From the NCBI GenBank assembly GCA_964234715.1, contig OZ174287.1: DNA of 64,000 nt; one strand, written 5' to 3'. The notes under the pieces were generated by a model. That model saw nothing but the letters and a program-made list of their open reading frames with translations, did not search any database and had not been told where the DNA came from. The translations under genes were made by a program, and so were the position numbers. This document shows, in pieces, positions 50,625-63,250 of this stretch (its first letter is position 1; the number at the start of each line of letters is the position of its first letter). Source of the stretch: Podarcis melisellensis. Lineage: Eukaryota.

Positions 50625-52716
50625 GGCTAGAGTGGCATTGGAAGACCATCAAGAGCTGACCATGTAATCTTTCACGTTTCCCCTTTTTGGCCTCACATGG
50701 GTGTGCACTCACACACACAATATATATATATAGATCTTGCAGCCCCGCCCCCCAAATGCGGCACCAAGGTGCATTTTTGTATATTTCTGTTTCAGCATAT
50801 AGAGCACAGGACTTCATAGCAATCCATCAAACACCATTCCTACGACCGAGAGCTTGCTTTGCCTGCCAGCCTGCTGTGGCAACACCCCTCGCCCGCCCAC
50901 CCAAAGGTGCTATCAGCAAAGCAATCCATTTGCATGCCCAAGAAGCATGCTGCCTCTTAACTATTCTCCTTGGGGCTCAAGAATGCTTCCAGGGACCAGA
51001 AGACAAGATTGGACGGACAGAAGGAAGAGCAGTGTGGTGCAGAACCGAAAGAAGGAAGGATTTGGCACAGTACTTTACTGAACTGGGGGAGGAAAAGTGA
51101 CTGGGGAGGGATGCAAATGTAATGCCATGCGATGGTGCAAGAGGGAGGTCTGTGCACCCCGCAAACCATTTTTCAAGAGATTATTTTTTATGCAGTCACA
51201 CTCTAAGGGCCTTATATTTGCACACATGAAAGAACAGCAGCTGCCGCTGTGCACGCTGGAAGGAGGAGAGGAGAGGAAAGGTGTCGAGGCAGGGTCCCCT
51301 CCAAGCTATTTGGGCTGTTTGCTGGGTCTGGCCAGGAGCCACGCTTGCAACATGGCTCCAGTGCTCAGTGCTCATTTCCTGGGTTAGGGCATGGTGGGGA
51401 GTGGCAGACCAGTAGGTGTGGCTGTGAAAGAGGACAGAGAGCACAGAGAAAAGGTGGATTGTGAGTCTTTGGCTGCAAGCAAAGTGTTAATAGCAAGAGC
51501 CAAGAGGAAACTCTTGTCCGGTCAGCCAGCCACCTTAACCCTTGTCCCTGAGCTGGATCCTGCGCACTGAAGATGGCTTTCTGCAGTGCCTGGGTTCCAG
51601 GTCAACATCTGTACCTTCCTGCTAGGCTGACTTGCAGCAGCCCATTTTTAACTCGGGCACTGCTATTTGGGTGCTCTCCAGTGGGGTACCCATATGGGTT
51701 TGCTGTTGTTATAGTGACTGAACTTGCTGCTTGGGGAGGGCTGTGGGGAGGGGGCATTCAGTGACCCAAGACGTCTTCGTTGTGTGGGTAAGGTGCTTCT
51801 CAGCAAACTCCCCACACTTCCTTATAGCTACCTCTTTGGGCTCCCCCCCCCTAAGTTTGTGGGTGAGCCTGAAGCCTCACTTCCCCCCCCCCAAGCACCA
51901 CCAAAAAGAGGCTTCTTTCCATGGTGTTCAACACATGCAGCTGCCTACACACACACGTCTCTGGTGCACCAATTCATGAAGTGGTTGAGCAGCCCCCTCT
52001 TCCCCACCTCCTGCTACGATTCTCCCACACTCCCGTGGGATCAAGGAGGGAAAGTCGGCAGCATGCTTGGTCCCCAGCAGCAAACTCTGCCAGGGTTCCC
52101 TTGGCAGGGGTGCCAACAGGGCAAGATTTTGGGGCAGACATCTCAACAGATTGAGCAGGTGGGCCCCCAAACCTAGCAAAGGCAGCTTCATCATATTTTG
52201 AAACAAGTAATGCACATTGCCACCTGCAGCAATGAAGTAGTAATGCATTGTCATATAAGCTAAAAGGCCATTAAGTCCAGAGCCTAAAACAACCTACCAG
52301 TGACACTGTACCTCCACCATTCCATGCCCAGCATTTCCACCACAACCTATACCAATGCTGCCTGCTCTAGCAACTCAGCCAGTAGCTTGGCTGAGCCATC
52401 CATAAGGAGGTAGAGGTGTGTGTGTGTTTGTGTGTGTATAGGGATGTTCTTACTCAACCATGGAGTGTGCAAGCTCCCACCACACTAGAGTTTCCAGTGA
52501 GCCTTTCTGTTCTTGTTACATTGCTGTGGATCTTGCGTCCGGGAGAAGACACGAGTGCCCAGAGTACCAGATATACTTGGACTTTTCTTAAGGCCATCAC
52601 ACATAGGGCAGAGACCACACACCACTCTGGGGCGAGAGCAAGGGGCAGGGGGAGGGTTGTGCCAAGCTGCTGCATTGTTCCTTTTCTAAGACTGCATCCT
52701 GGTGAGCAGCATGACT

Positions 52717-53042
52717 AATAAACTTCCTTTTCTAAAAGAACAGGTGTGAGGTGTTTGCAAGGGGCAGGGGGGAGAGCGGCATCAGGCAGGTCACTCAGGC
52801 AGGTGCAGCGCAGCACCAAGCCACACACAATAAGGGGACTTCCAGGCTCGCTTTGTTTCAGGTGGGATTCAGTCACTGCCAAATTCAGGTTGTGCAGCAA
52901 AAGCCGACCTGGTGCTCTTGCTAACCATACTTTCTGTGCCGTAAGGAAAGCAACGGTAAAACACTGGAAAGTGGGATAGTGGTTTCTTGACGCAATATTG
53001 TAAAACGTCACTGCAAACAAATTAGAATTAATGCTCAATAAA
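52717..53042 (+). terminator. Candidate CAVIN1 polyadenylation signals AATAAA at 52717-52722 and 53037-53042
   Basis: Canonical hexamers about 2.1 and 2.4 kb after the stop codon. Confidence 0.5.
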
Positions 53043-54103
53043 TAGCCAACATCATCTAACCTCCCTGCAGACTTTGTGCACACAAATCGGAACGAATGCT
53101 CAATAATTGGGGTGTCTGAAAGAAAGCATGATTATTATTTTTTATTCTTTAAGTAAAGGCTACATTAAGTAAAGGCTACATTAAGGCAATACCTTTAACA
53201 GGCCAAACTCGCAAAGTAGGTGTGCAAGGTTTAAAGTTCTTCAGAACTCTTCATAGCAAGCAAAACTGGGGGATGGGCACTATTGCTAAAACCATGGAAC
53301 CTGTATTTAGCATGTGAATTGGGGGGTGGGGGTCAAGTGTTCTTAACAGTGCCATTTTTTTATTTTGAAGGGAAAGCAGCCAGTTGGAAGCTGTTGCTAG
53401 GGAGGACAGGCAGACTAAATCGCAACCTCGCCTCCCTTTCTGTGTCCTGAGGAGAGGCTGGATAGGGGGAAGAGGCCTTCTAGGTAAGAAGACAGAGGGT
53501 GGCACTGCTTTCCAGCTTCCTCCTCGTTCCTCTTAGTGTCACCCTTTAGGACTTGGTTGGGAGGAATGTGGAGGCAAAACTAGAATTAGCTGGTTCTGAC
53601 TCTACTTCCTGCTGTCTCTGCCTTCTGCCCTACCGGTCCCAATGGACACCTATCAGCACTGGATGAGAGCTGTAGCCCAGCAACACCTGGAGGGCACCAC
53701 GTTGGCCAACCTTGCCCTGGGCAGTGCAGCATAGATAGCTGGTTGCAGATGGAGCAGCCACGTTCTCTCACTCACCTGCATTCTCCTGGGTGAAGCAATG
53801 ATGGAAATTCACCGCTGCAAGCCTAACACCTCCTGCATGCCACTCAAAGGAAGGAGGTTAGGTAAGAGAAAAAAGCAGTTGTTTCCGCCTCAGCATAATG
53901 GCACCAAGATTGGTTGCTACCACCCCACTGCCTGTGATTGCAGCGCTTTACCTGTTTGTGCACATTCTCTTTGGTTGGCACAGCAGGGGCATGAAGAGGG
54001 AACAGGCAAAAGGAGCAGCCTCTGCATGCTCACTTATCCTCTCTCACTCCGTGGCATGATGGAGACAATTGAATTCACTGGGCTCAGTCCCCGTGCCACC
54101 TAG

Positions 54104-54355
54104 TAAGGTAAAGGTAAAGGATCCCTGGATGGTTAAGTCCAGTCAAAGGCAACTATGGGGTGTGGCATTCATCTTGCTTTAGGCTAAGGGAGCTGGCATT
54201 TGTCCACAGACAGCTTTCTGGGTCGTGACAGCAGGACTAAACCGCTTCTGGCGCAATGGGACACCGTAATGAGTGCCAGAGAACACAGAAACGCCATTTA
54301 CCTTCCCAGCACAGTGGTGCCTATTTGTCTACTTGCACTGGTGTGCTTTCGAACT
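54104..54355 (-). mobile_element. 5'-truncated, older Sauria SINE
   Basis: (AAAGGT)n tail at left; core CCTATTTGTCTACTTGCAC...GCTTTCGAACT is the reverse complement of the SINE core at 20030-20060. Confidence 0.8.
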
Positions 54356-54799
54356 GAGCACCTCTTTTTACACCACCACCAACTGCAGATTGGCTGCTTT
54401 TCTTTCAAACAAAAAGCAACACTTTTAAGTATGCCCCTTTTAAAATAGTGTTGTTTGTCACTCCACAAGACAAACCAGGAGATACCACTCAGAACTATTT
54501 CTACCCAAGTAGTTCCTTAGTCAGGATCTGAAAGTGTGACTTCCATTTTCCCCTCCAGGTGGCAGCAGCTCCCCTTCAGGTAGGAGCATTAAAAAAAACA
54601 AAAAATCAGAAGGGCACTGCCATTGCTGGAACACTGATACAGTACATGTTTGTCAGCCATCTAGTTTCTTAGAGCCCCCAGACATTAGCGGAAGATTAAG
54701 GCCTCTGCTCACAAACTCAATAGAAAAGAAGCCTAGCTGGATGTCATCAGCACCATTCTTTCCCTCCTGGGGAATCTTCGCCTACCCATTTGATCCCAT

Positions 54800-54915
54800 T
54801 GGGGAGCATCCAGTGCTAATCCTACTCAGAGTAGACCCGCTGAAATGAATGAGCACGACCAACTTAGGGCCATTCATTCTAATGGATCTACTTTGAGTAG
54901 GACTGGCACTGGATA
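54800..54915. repeat. Short palindromic reptile interspersed repeat (TACTCAGAGTAGACCC...); related copies near 36960-37080, 39895-39982, 56227-56340
   Basis: Imperfect inverted arms and a shared motif in four places. Confidence 0.55.
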
Positions 54916-57584
54916 CACTTTGCACAGAAGAGGTCGGGTTTAAAACCAGGCAAATTTGAAACATCCCACTGGTTTGTTCAGTAAGAGTTGCACAACTGCC
55001 TCCTTCAACAACCCGGGGGTTATGTACACCCTTTCGAGGTGATAAGGTACGGGACCAGTGCTTTGACCTGTGAAGCAAATAGTACCTTGGGGTGCGGCAA
55101 TTCCAATCGGGAGAATGGCAGAGGGGAAAAGGTTAAACTACTCATCCATTAGCACCACGACACCAGTTCAAATTTGAGGGGTGGGGAACCAGCATTTAAA
55201 AATTGCATATCAGATTATGGATCTCCTACTGTTCTGCCTAGTTGTGCCTTTATATGTGCCAGTGGTGCAGCCTTAAACTCACCCCTCCCATCACTCCCAA
55301 ACAGCTGGCCTTGGCTTAGACCTAGCTGAATCTCTGGAAGTAGCAGGGCCGGCCCAGGATGTTTTGTCACTTGAGACAAAACAAAAAAAAAATGCATGCT
55401 GTGCCCTCCTCTGCCCACAGCCCCACAGTTGCTGAATGGAGGCAGCTTACAGAAGCCCTGGCAGGAGAAGAAAAATTAAGAGGCCGGATGGGGGGAACAG
55501 GTAAAGGAAGAGGTGGGAACCAAGCACAGGAGGAGGTGGGTGGCATGCTCCCCAGGGCTTGGATCTGCTGCCCCTCCCAGCTGTCCCCAGCCTGCCGCCC
55601 AAGATGACTGCCTCATCAAACCTCCTGGGTGGGCCAGTCCTGGGAAGTAGCCAGCAACTAATTCCCCGCTGGATGCAACATTCAACAGGAGGTTCTTGGC
55701 GAAGCCATCACTGATCCCACAGCACATCATCATCTGTTGGGACTTGCTGGGAAGAGGTGAAGAGGCTTTTCCAGAGTTGGCCCCTCCTCGCTCTGTAAGT
55801 GGCCCCCGTGACGAGGAAGACAGATGATGGTGACAGAATGAGTGGGTGGGTAATTGATACATTACTTTGGAACTCCAGAATGGAATCCTCCGTTGAGCAA
55901 TGAATAAGGACAAAACGATAATGCCAAAATTCCACAGCTGCTCGCTTCTACCTGTAAATATGGTTTTCCCATTCTTCTGACTTTGTGCATTTCACTTCCT
56001 TCAAAAAAGAAAGAAAGAAAACGGTGTCCTTATCCTGGAGTTTCCTTTGATGTTACTGAGCATGATGGGAAATGGTAAGGGACTGGGCTGATTTACCCAC
56101 CCATATCAAGGCTGAGTCAGAAGTACCACAAGAGACTCCACTGATCTTTGGCAGCTGGAAAGAACAGATAACTACAAGCAAGTCTTCAATGCAACAGAGA
56201 GAAAGGAAAGGAAAGGAAAATCTTCTGGGTGGTATACAACCAGCTTTTACTCAGAGTAGACTCAATGAAACATGTCCACGACTAACTTAAGTCCATTATT
56301 TTAAGTGGGTCTGCTTTCAGTGAAAATTAGTTGAATATAGCTGTCTGCATAGATAAGCATTTGCGTGGGATTCACAGGGGAGAAGACAAAAGGGCAAGAC
56401 AGACCACAGCAGAAGACCTTTTATAAGATCAAAGCCAAAGCACAATAACCACAGGTTTCAACTCTCACTGCGGCATTTATTGACTTGAAAGCAAAGGTCA
56501 TCATCGCCCAGTGACATCACAGCATATTTGGGTAACTCCGAAAAGATTTCAGATTACCACAAAAGGCATGTTAAGGCATGTTAAGAAATAAATAAAGACA
56601 TTTCACAAAATAGGTGGGTACCACAACAAGGTGTTGCAACAGACCGTACACACTTGCTTTCCCCCCCACAATCCCCAGCCACAACACCTAACAATGCTGT
56701 CATATCATTTACATATCTAAGCCAACCCCAGGAGCACCAGATCTTACCCAAGTCTGTAAAGCCTCTGCAACCACTAACAAGGTCTGACCGGAATCCTTCT
56801 TGGGTTGGCTCATTAAGTGCAACTGGGAAGAGATGTTGCAGGGCAGAGTGAGCCTGATCCAAATTTCTGCCAGCCAGTCAGCTAGTCATGCTCTTTCCCA
56901 GGAAACTACATTCCATCCCCCTCCCCCGCCCAAAAAGGCAAGGTGGTATTCCCTGGCTATAGAGCATGCTCAGTCTTCATTGGTCTGTTTGGGGTCCCCC
57001 TCCTTTTTAGGGGTTTTGTCCCCAGTTGTTTTGTTTGTTTGTTGGGGGGATAGTTCTGCAAATCTTGGCTTTTCTGTGAACCTGCTGATACCTCCCCTTG
57101 TGTGTAGATGGAGCCATTTTGACCACACAAGGATCCATAAATGATAATAAAACATTGGCTGCCCACAACTGTGAGTCTCCTGGAATTCAATTCTACCTGC
57201 CATTCAGATATGCCATAGGCATGAACTTAAAGCATAGTTGCATAAAAGCATTCCTCAATGAGTGACTTGCTAAGGTTTTCGAAAAGATCACTGCTGGCCG
57301 TGGGTTCATACGATTACCGCTGCAAGCTCCCCAAAAATGATACAGCAGCCATGTCCAACTGAGAATCCTTGCCACAGGTGGTCTCTATCAAAACATTTCA
57401 CAGTCTGGCTGGTCCACATTCAGCTGTTAATCCACTTCCCCCACATTCACATTTAGACTGGAATAGTCCATGCCTGCAGCAATTTGATTTGGCAAATGCG
57501 AAGCAGCTTCAGTACCCATCCCCTTTTGTGTGTGTCCCTGCCTTCTAATTTATTAACTCTGTTATGCCAGTTAAATACTGTACC

Positions 57585-58042
57585 CAGGGCTGGATTTAGG
57601 TTTAATGAGGCCCAAAGCTACTGAAGGAAATGGGGCCCTTTATATGTCCAGCTGTCCTTTGTCAACAACAAATTGTTGCTGTTTTTTGTGATGAATATAT
57701 GTTACAGTATATGGTAATTTATGGACCTAATAGGTATCTAAAGCCATTTGCACATGTTGCCATGCAACCAGTCCATGCAGGCACCCTATATATAGAAATG
57801 AGCAAACCAGTGATATTTTAGGGAGCAGGCTAGCCCCGGGGCCCATTACTGTACTTACATCATAGGAGCCTACACAGCACAAGTACTATTATGGTATATA
57901 TAGGATTTATTTTGTTTTTTATCTAATATTTTGGAAATGTACATCCAGGTTTTTTTTCCCTTTAATTTTTTTTTGGGGGGGGGCCCAAGAGAGTGGGGCC
58001 CTAAGCTATGGCTTGTTTAGCTTATACGTAAATCCGGCACTG
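57585..58042. mobile_element. Non-autonomous hAT element, 458 bp
   Basis: TIRs CAGGGCTGGATTTA / TAAATCCGGCACTG; perfect 8-bp TSD ACTGTACC; subterminal GGGCCC motifs. Confidence 0.88.
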
Positions 58043-60612
58043 ACTGTACCAATAGGGCATGCACGCAGATACCTTTTTAAATTAAAAAAACAACAACACA
58101 CAAAATCTTCACCTAAGAAGTGTGTAAAAGCGCAGTCAGCCAACTGTAAATTTGCTCGTGCAGTTTTCTGGTTTCATGCAAATCTGAGGGTCAAAGGAAA
58201 GCTGGATAAGAAATGAACACACTGATGAAGCAGTGGGTGTGGAAAGCAGAGTAGCAGAAAGTGGTAATTTATCCATCACTCCCTAAAAAACAAAACAAAT
58301 TGTATGCAACCCTGAGTAGAGAGGTTTGGAGCCCCATCTCCCCCAACTTATTGGATTAGAATTGACAGGGATCTGCATTCAGATGGGTGTTGCTTGATGG
58401 TAATGTCACTTAGACAATGCAAATTAAATGGAAATGCAAACAGCTGCCAATACACAGTAAAGTCCAGTGTGGACGAGCCCTCGGACTCTACTCTGGTTAA
58501 CATGTGTACACTCACTTCATATTAATCAGGTCTTAAATTGCATAACCCAGCTGAGCAGCCCACCAAGAAAAAACTAGCTTAGCCAGTGCACTTCACGGCT
58601 GTAGAATGATTTCTTCCAGGATCTGCTGCTACCTATAGGATTGTGCCCCACTCACCCATGCAACAGAGTCACTGTGTCCCCAACAGCTGCAGGAGTTGCA
58701 GCACTTCAAAAAAAGTGCCACTTTGCAGCATGAAGGTGCCACAATGATGAACGCATTTATTATTTCCTATCATCTATCTATCTATCAACTAGAAATGTAA
58801 GGCTGTCATCATGCAGCCCCCATTGGAAGACTTGCATCACAATCCTGGATTTGTATGAAGCTAGAGTGCACATATGATCTGGCTGTTGGGACCAGCTGTG
58901 AACTATTTTGATCAACTGTCGCAGCCAAACTGTACAGGATACTGGAAAACGAGTGATCAAATTTTGCACCGTTAAAAAAATATATTATTTTTTGTCAAAA
59001 CACAAAGCAATTGTGTGGTGTGCGTGCGTTTGTGTGTACATGAGAGAACTGAATCGAATAATCCAGTTGGGGCAACAGTACCCAGCCCTTTCCACCATGT
59101 TGTTTTCCTGATCTTAAAGAGCCTCTTCCCCACCTTGGATACCAGTTCAGCGTTGGAAATCATATAGGGACCTGTGCAGTTGCCGGTAGTTTGTGGGAGA
59201 TTTAGAGCAGGGAAGCAGCACAGTAGAATGGGTTAATTGCTCCATCCCTCAGCATCATGTCTTAATCCAATTCGCACTTCTCTCCAAAACTTTTTCAAAC
59301 TAAAACTTTTATTCCTGGATTTCCCAGCAGCTCACTGGTTTATCTCTCAGTGGGCTGCTAAACCCGGGCCTGTGGATTCTTATATACAAATAATAATAAT
59401 CCTGCACATTGATCCGTAGCATGTCAGGGAGAAGGCTAGCCTGGCAGTGAACCCAGTTAGTTTTGTCACAGCCTGATCATTGACTTGAGGTAACATGGAG
59501 TCAGTTATTTTCACTGGTGGTACCAGTGTTATGGAATGCCCTCCCTGGTGAAATACAAGAGGCTCCGTAAGTATTGGCATTCTGCTGACTCTTTAAAACA
59601 TGCCTGTTGAGGTAAGCTTTCCTCTGATTTCCTGGTCTGTGGTTTTAACAGACTTGTTTATGATATATTTTAATTAGGGATGTTTTTCTACTTTGATCTT
59701 ACTGTTTTACTATGATTGACAGCTTGTTATTTTGCTGCTGGCTTTTTCTGCTTGGGAAATGCATTGACACTTCTTCTCAAGATGAAAGGCGGTGTATGTA
59801 GGAGGAAAATTGACCTGACCTGTGTGTGAGTACAGTAATTAACAAAAGAATCAGATGGGTACCTAAATTCCAAACATAGGGCTTTGCACACCCCTCCAGC
59901 AGGAGAGAGCCCCCAACAGAATTTAAAACAATCTCAGAGTTAAACAGCAGTATTGCTAGTAGGTTGCTAAACCTTTTTGCATATCCCATTTAGTGTATTT
60001 TAAAACGCCTGCCCCCTCTCTCTACCCCTGTAGCAATGAACAGGCCACATACAGTTCAGTAAGTTTTAATTGCTTAACTTTCTAAATCCAAAAGTCCAGT
60101 TCATGTGTTATTTCATGCAGCAGCAAAAAGAACACAGGCAGATTACTTTTGGGTGCAAAATACAGTATATAGTTTCAAACATTAGTCCTGGTTGATTACA
60201 TGGCACAGAGAGAGGTGAGGAACAGAAAGAGAAGCAGCTTCACTTCCTTCCTCATGGAGGTAAGGGGCATGACCTAGCTGAGTCTAAGAACTCTGTGGTT
60301 TTAAACCCTTCATGCACCAACTAGCATGTATGCATAGATATGTTTGACTGCAATTTCCCACAGTATATAAATTATTTTAATAACAACAATCCGGTTTCCT
60401 TTGTTTTTGTGTGTGTCATGTATGAAAAGACTTCAGTACATGTAACAAAAACGGGTTTCAGAAATTGTTGGTTTGTAAGCCAATCAATAAAACGAATTTC
60501 ACAAAACAGAGAAACACACAAAAAAGAGGAAATTGGCACAACAGGGACAGAGGTGAACAAGTGAGCTTTCCAACATCCTCTGCTACGCAACGCAGAACTC
60601 ATTAATCTAGAC

Positions 60613-60929
60613 CAGGGGTAGGCAACCTAAGGCCCATGGGCCGGATGAGAGGCCCAATCCCCTTCTCAATCCAGCCCACGGACAGCCCAGGAATCAGTGT
60701 GTTTTTACATACATGAGTAGAATGTGTCCTTTTATTTACACTGTATCTCTGGGTTATTTGTGGGGCCTATCTGGTATTTTTACATGAGTAGAATATTGCT
60801 TTTATTTAAAATGCATCTCTGGGTTATTTGTGGGGCATAGGAATTCGTTCATTTTTTTTCAAAATATAGTCCCACATGGTCTGAGGGACGGTGGAACGGC
60901 CCATGGCTGAAAAAGGTTGCTGACCCCTG
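60613..60929. mobile_element. Non-autonomous hAT element, same family as 24978-25230, with an internal tandem duplication
   Basis: CAGGGGTAGGCAACCT...AGGTTGCTGACCCCTG; TSD ATCTAGAC/ATCCAGAC; duplicated ACATGAGTAGAAT...TCTCTGGGTTATTTGTGGGGC block. Confidence 0.85.
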
Positions 60930-61252
60930 ATCCAGACCAAACATGTTTTTCCTTCTGGTGTACGCACCACCTGTGCACTAACAGCACCCATCCCTTCCCA
61001 GGGTCAGCTGCAGAGGTTACACAGCACCTTGGGAGGACTGGCTAATGCCAACCACTAACACACCTAAAGGAGGTTTGGGACTTTCTGCTTTGTGCCATAC
61101 CATCTGCAACTCATACAGAGTCAGACTCAAAGGACAAGGTAGCTCAGGTCAGAAGCTAGACACTCATTTTCCCATGAAAGTCAAAGGGTGATGATTATCG
61201 TTATATAACAAAAACCAAACCAAACCAACAACAACAACAACAACAACACATT

Positions 61253-61500
61253 ACCGGGCCCAGTTCAAATTGCTGGTTTTGACTTTTAAAGTCCTAACCA
61301 GCTTGGACCAGAGCTATTTACTGGACCACCCACACCTATACCAACCAGCTCATACCTTAAGATCTGCTTCAGAGGCTCTCCTGGTATGCCCACTACATAA
61401 ATCAATAATGAGGGTAGCCATGAGAAGTCCTTTTGGTGGCCTGCTCTATGGAACAATGTCCTATTGGACTGACACCAAACCTCCATGCTGCAGGCTTTTC
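61253..61500 (+). mobile_element. L2-type LINE ORF2 3' fragment
   Basis: RAQFKLLVLTFKVL...SYLLDH...YQPAHTLRSASEALL resembles the L2 ORF2 C-terminal region. Confidence 0.75.
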
Positions 61501-61672
61501 AGGAGCCCTGACGACTTACCTGATTGGTTTCCAGGAATGATATTCAATATGCAGATTACACCAGAGCGCCATCTCTCTGTCCCATTTGACTCAGGAAAAG
61601 CTACAGAGGTGTTAGACCAACACCTAGAGGTGTTAATGGGCTGGGGGGAAAACCTAGGAGGTTAGCTTAGAG

Positions 61673-61810
61673 CACGGTTGGCCAATATGGTATCCTCCAG
61701 ATGATGTGGGACTACAACTCCCATCAACCCCAACCAGTATGGCTAATAGTAAGGAAAGATGGTAGTCTGAGTGCAACAACATCTAGAGGACAACACACTG
61801 ACTACTCCTG
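61673..61810. mobile_element. Degenerate hairpin MITE copy
   Basis: CCTCCAGATG...GGGACTACAACTCCCATCA...CATCTAGAGG. Confidence 0.6.
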
Positions 61811-62559
61811 ACAGATGCATTCACTGTATTCTTTCTGGTGCTTGCTGAAGACATTATTATTTAGGCAAGCCTTACTCAGATGTTTGGAAAGTTTATATGG
61901 GTTTTAATTTGTTTTCGGTCTATTATGGTTTTAACTTTGTGTATGGCGTAAATTATAGCTGTAAAAGTTTTTAGTGATGATTTTGTTTTTAGTCTTTTTT
62001 TTGTAAGCCACTTTCTTTTTCCTACAACCAAGGGGCATATAAAATTTATGAAATAAATCTAAATATATAAGGAAGGGCGCAGAGAACACCACAGCTGTGT
62101 CCTCTCACCACCTCACCTCCACTTCCTGCCTCCCAGGATCTGCCGCCTAAGGCAACCACCTCACTCTATCCAATGGTAGAACCAGCTGTGGCAGATACTC
62201 ATGCAAACACCAGCCTCCTCCTCCTCCTTCTTGCTCACTTGCCATTTCCTTCTGGGTGCCACACACAGTGGAGGGGCTGGGTCCCAGTAACTCCCATCTC
62301 TCCCCCGCCCCAATACCGACTGCTCCAACAAGAGAGAAGGTAAGCAAAGAGGTAGGGGAGAGTCTGGGTCAAACGACCAGCTGATGGAGGCACTCGCCCA
62401 GTGCTTCCTGGCAGGAATAGGCAGAGACAGCAGCTGCTGTGGCTTCCTCCTGTCAAGACTCTCTGTCAGCACTGGGAGAGGAAAGGCGGGCTCGACTTCT
62501 CTTTGCTGAGCAGGGCAGGGGAGAGGGCTGAGCCCACTAGGGGGAGGTGACCCACCAAC

Positions 62560-63250
62560 CCCCCAGCCCCCACGCAGCTCTGCAGCATCCCCGCTGAGAG
62601 CTCCTTCCCCCGCCCACTGGGGCTGAAGCGAAGCCTCCCTCCAGCTCAGGAGAAAGACAACAGCGGCGGCGGCGACGTCACGCGCTGCCCGGAACTCAGC
62701 TGGGTTTCCAGCAGAGCAGCGGGAGGAGGAAGCCAGGCGTGGAACAGCCGGATGAATAATGAAAGCCGAGGCCCGCGCTGATTGGCTACCAGATGCGCCT
62801 CCCGGCGAAGGGACCAGCGGAGCTCGCCGGCGATTGGTCGGCGGCGGAGAATGTCGGCAACTCGGGGCGCGCGGGCGAGAGGGAGGGGGCGGGGTCAGGC
62901 TCGCAGCCAGCAGCTGGGGCAGGGCTAAGAGCGCGGCGACGGGAAGAGGCCGGATCGGTCCCAGCGGTGGGCAAGGGGCGCCGGGCGGTCTGCAAGGTAG
63001 GCCGGGAGGCACCGGGGGCGGGGGCCGCCGGGCGTGCCGGAGCCTTGCTTTGGGGCGGGAGGGCTCAGCAGCGGCTCAGGTTGAGGCTACCTCTAAGCAT
63101 GTGCAGAGTGCCCCTCTCCATCCGCCACTTGATGGGTGACAGCTGGGGGCAGGGGGCTGCTCCGAGGAACAACTGCTTCCCCTGGGGAATCAAGGGCCAA
63201 GTGGGCAGGAATTCTTTAGTCAGGATGGGGTCGGCGAGCGGCTAGCAAAG
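62560..63250 (+). promoter_or_regulatory. STAT3: CpG-island promoter, inferred STAT3: CRE-like CGACGTCA (62673-62680), STAT site TGCCCGGAA (62686-62694), inverted CCAAT boxes (62781-62785, 62833-62837), GC box (about 62886-62894)
   Basis: Dense CpG; motif layout resembles the mammalian STAT3 IL-6 response element as I recall it; synteny ATP6V0A1-CAVIN1-STAT3. No STAT3 coding sequence in the window. Confidence 0.75.
62900..62996 (+). other. STAT3: Probable non-coding first exon of STAT3 (start approximate)
   Basis: AAG|GTAGGC donor at 62996/62997 just downstream of the CCAAT/GC boxes. Confidence 0.5.

Noticed and set aside
53149-53185. Short tandem duplications (16-bp unit here; also about 42530-42560, 43137-43180, 56563-56585) as an array system
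   Set aside because: Two or three copies without unique spacers; ordinary slippage, and eukaryotic context excludes CRISPR
62161-63245. 283-aa (-) and 126/150-aa (+) ORFs at the right CpG island
   Set aside because: Low-complexity Pro/Ala/Gly/Arg frames expected in stop-poor GC-rich DNA; no recognisable domain
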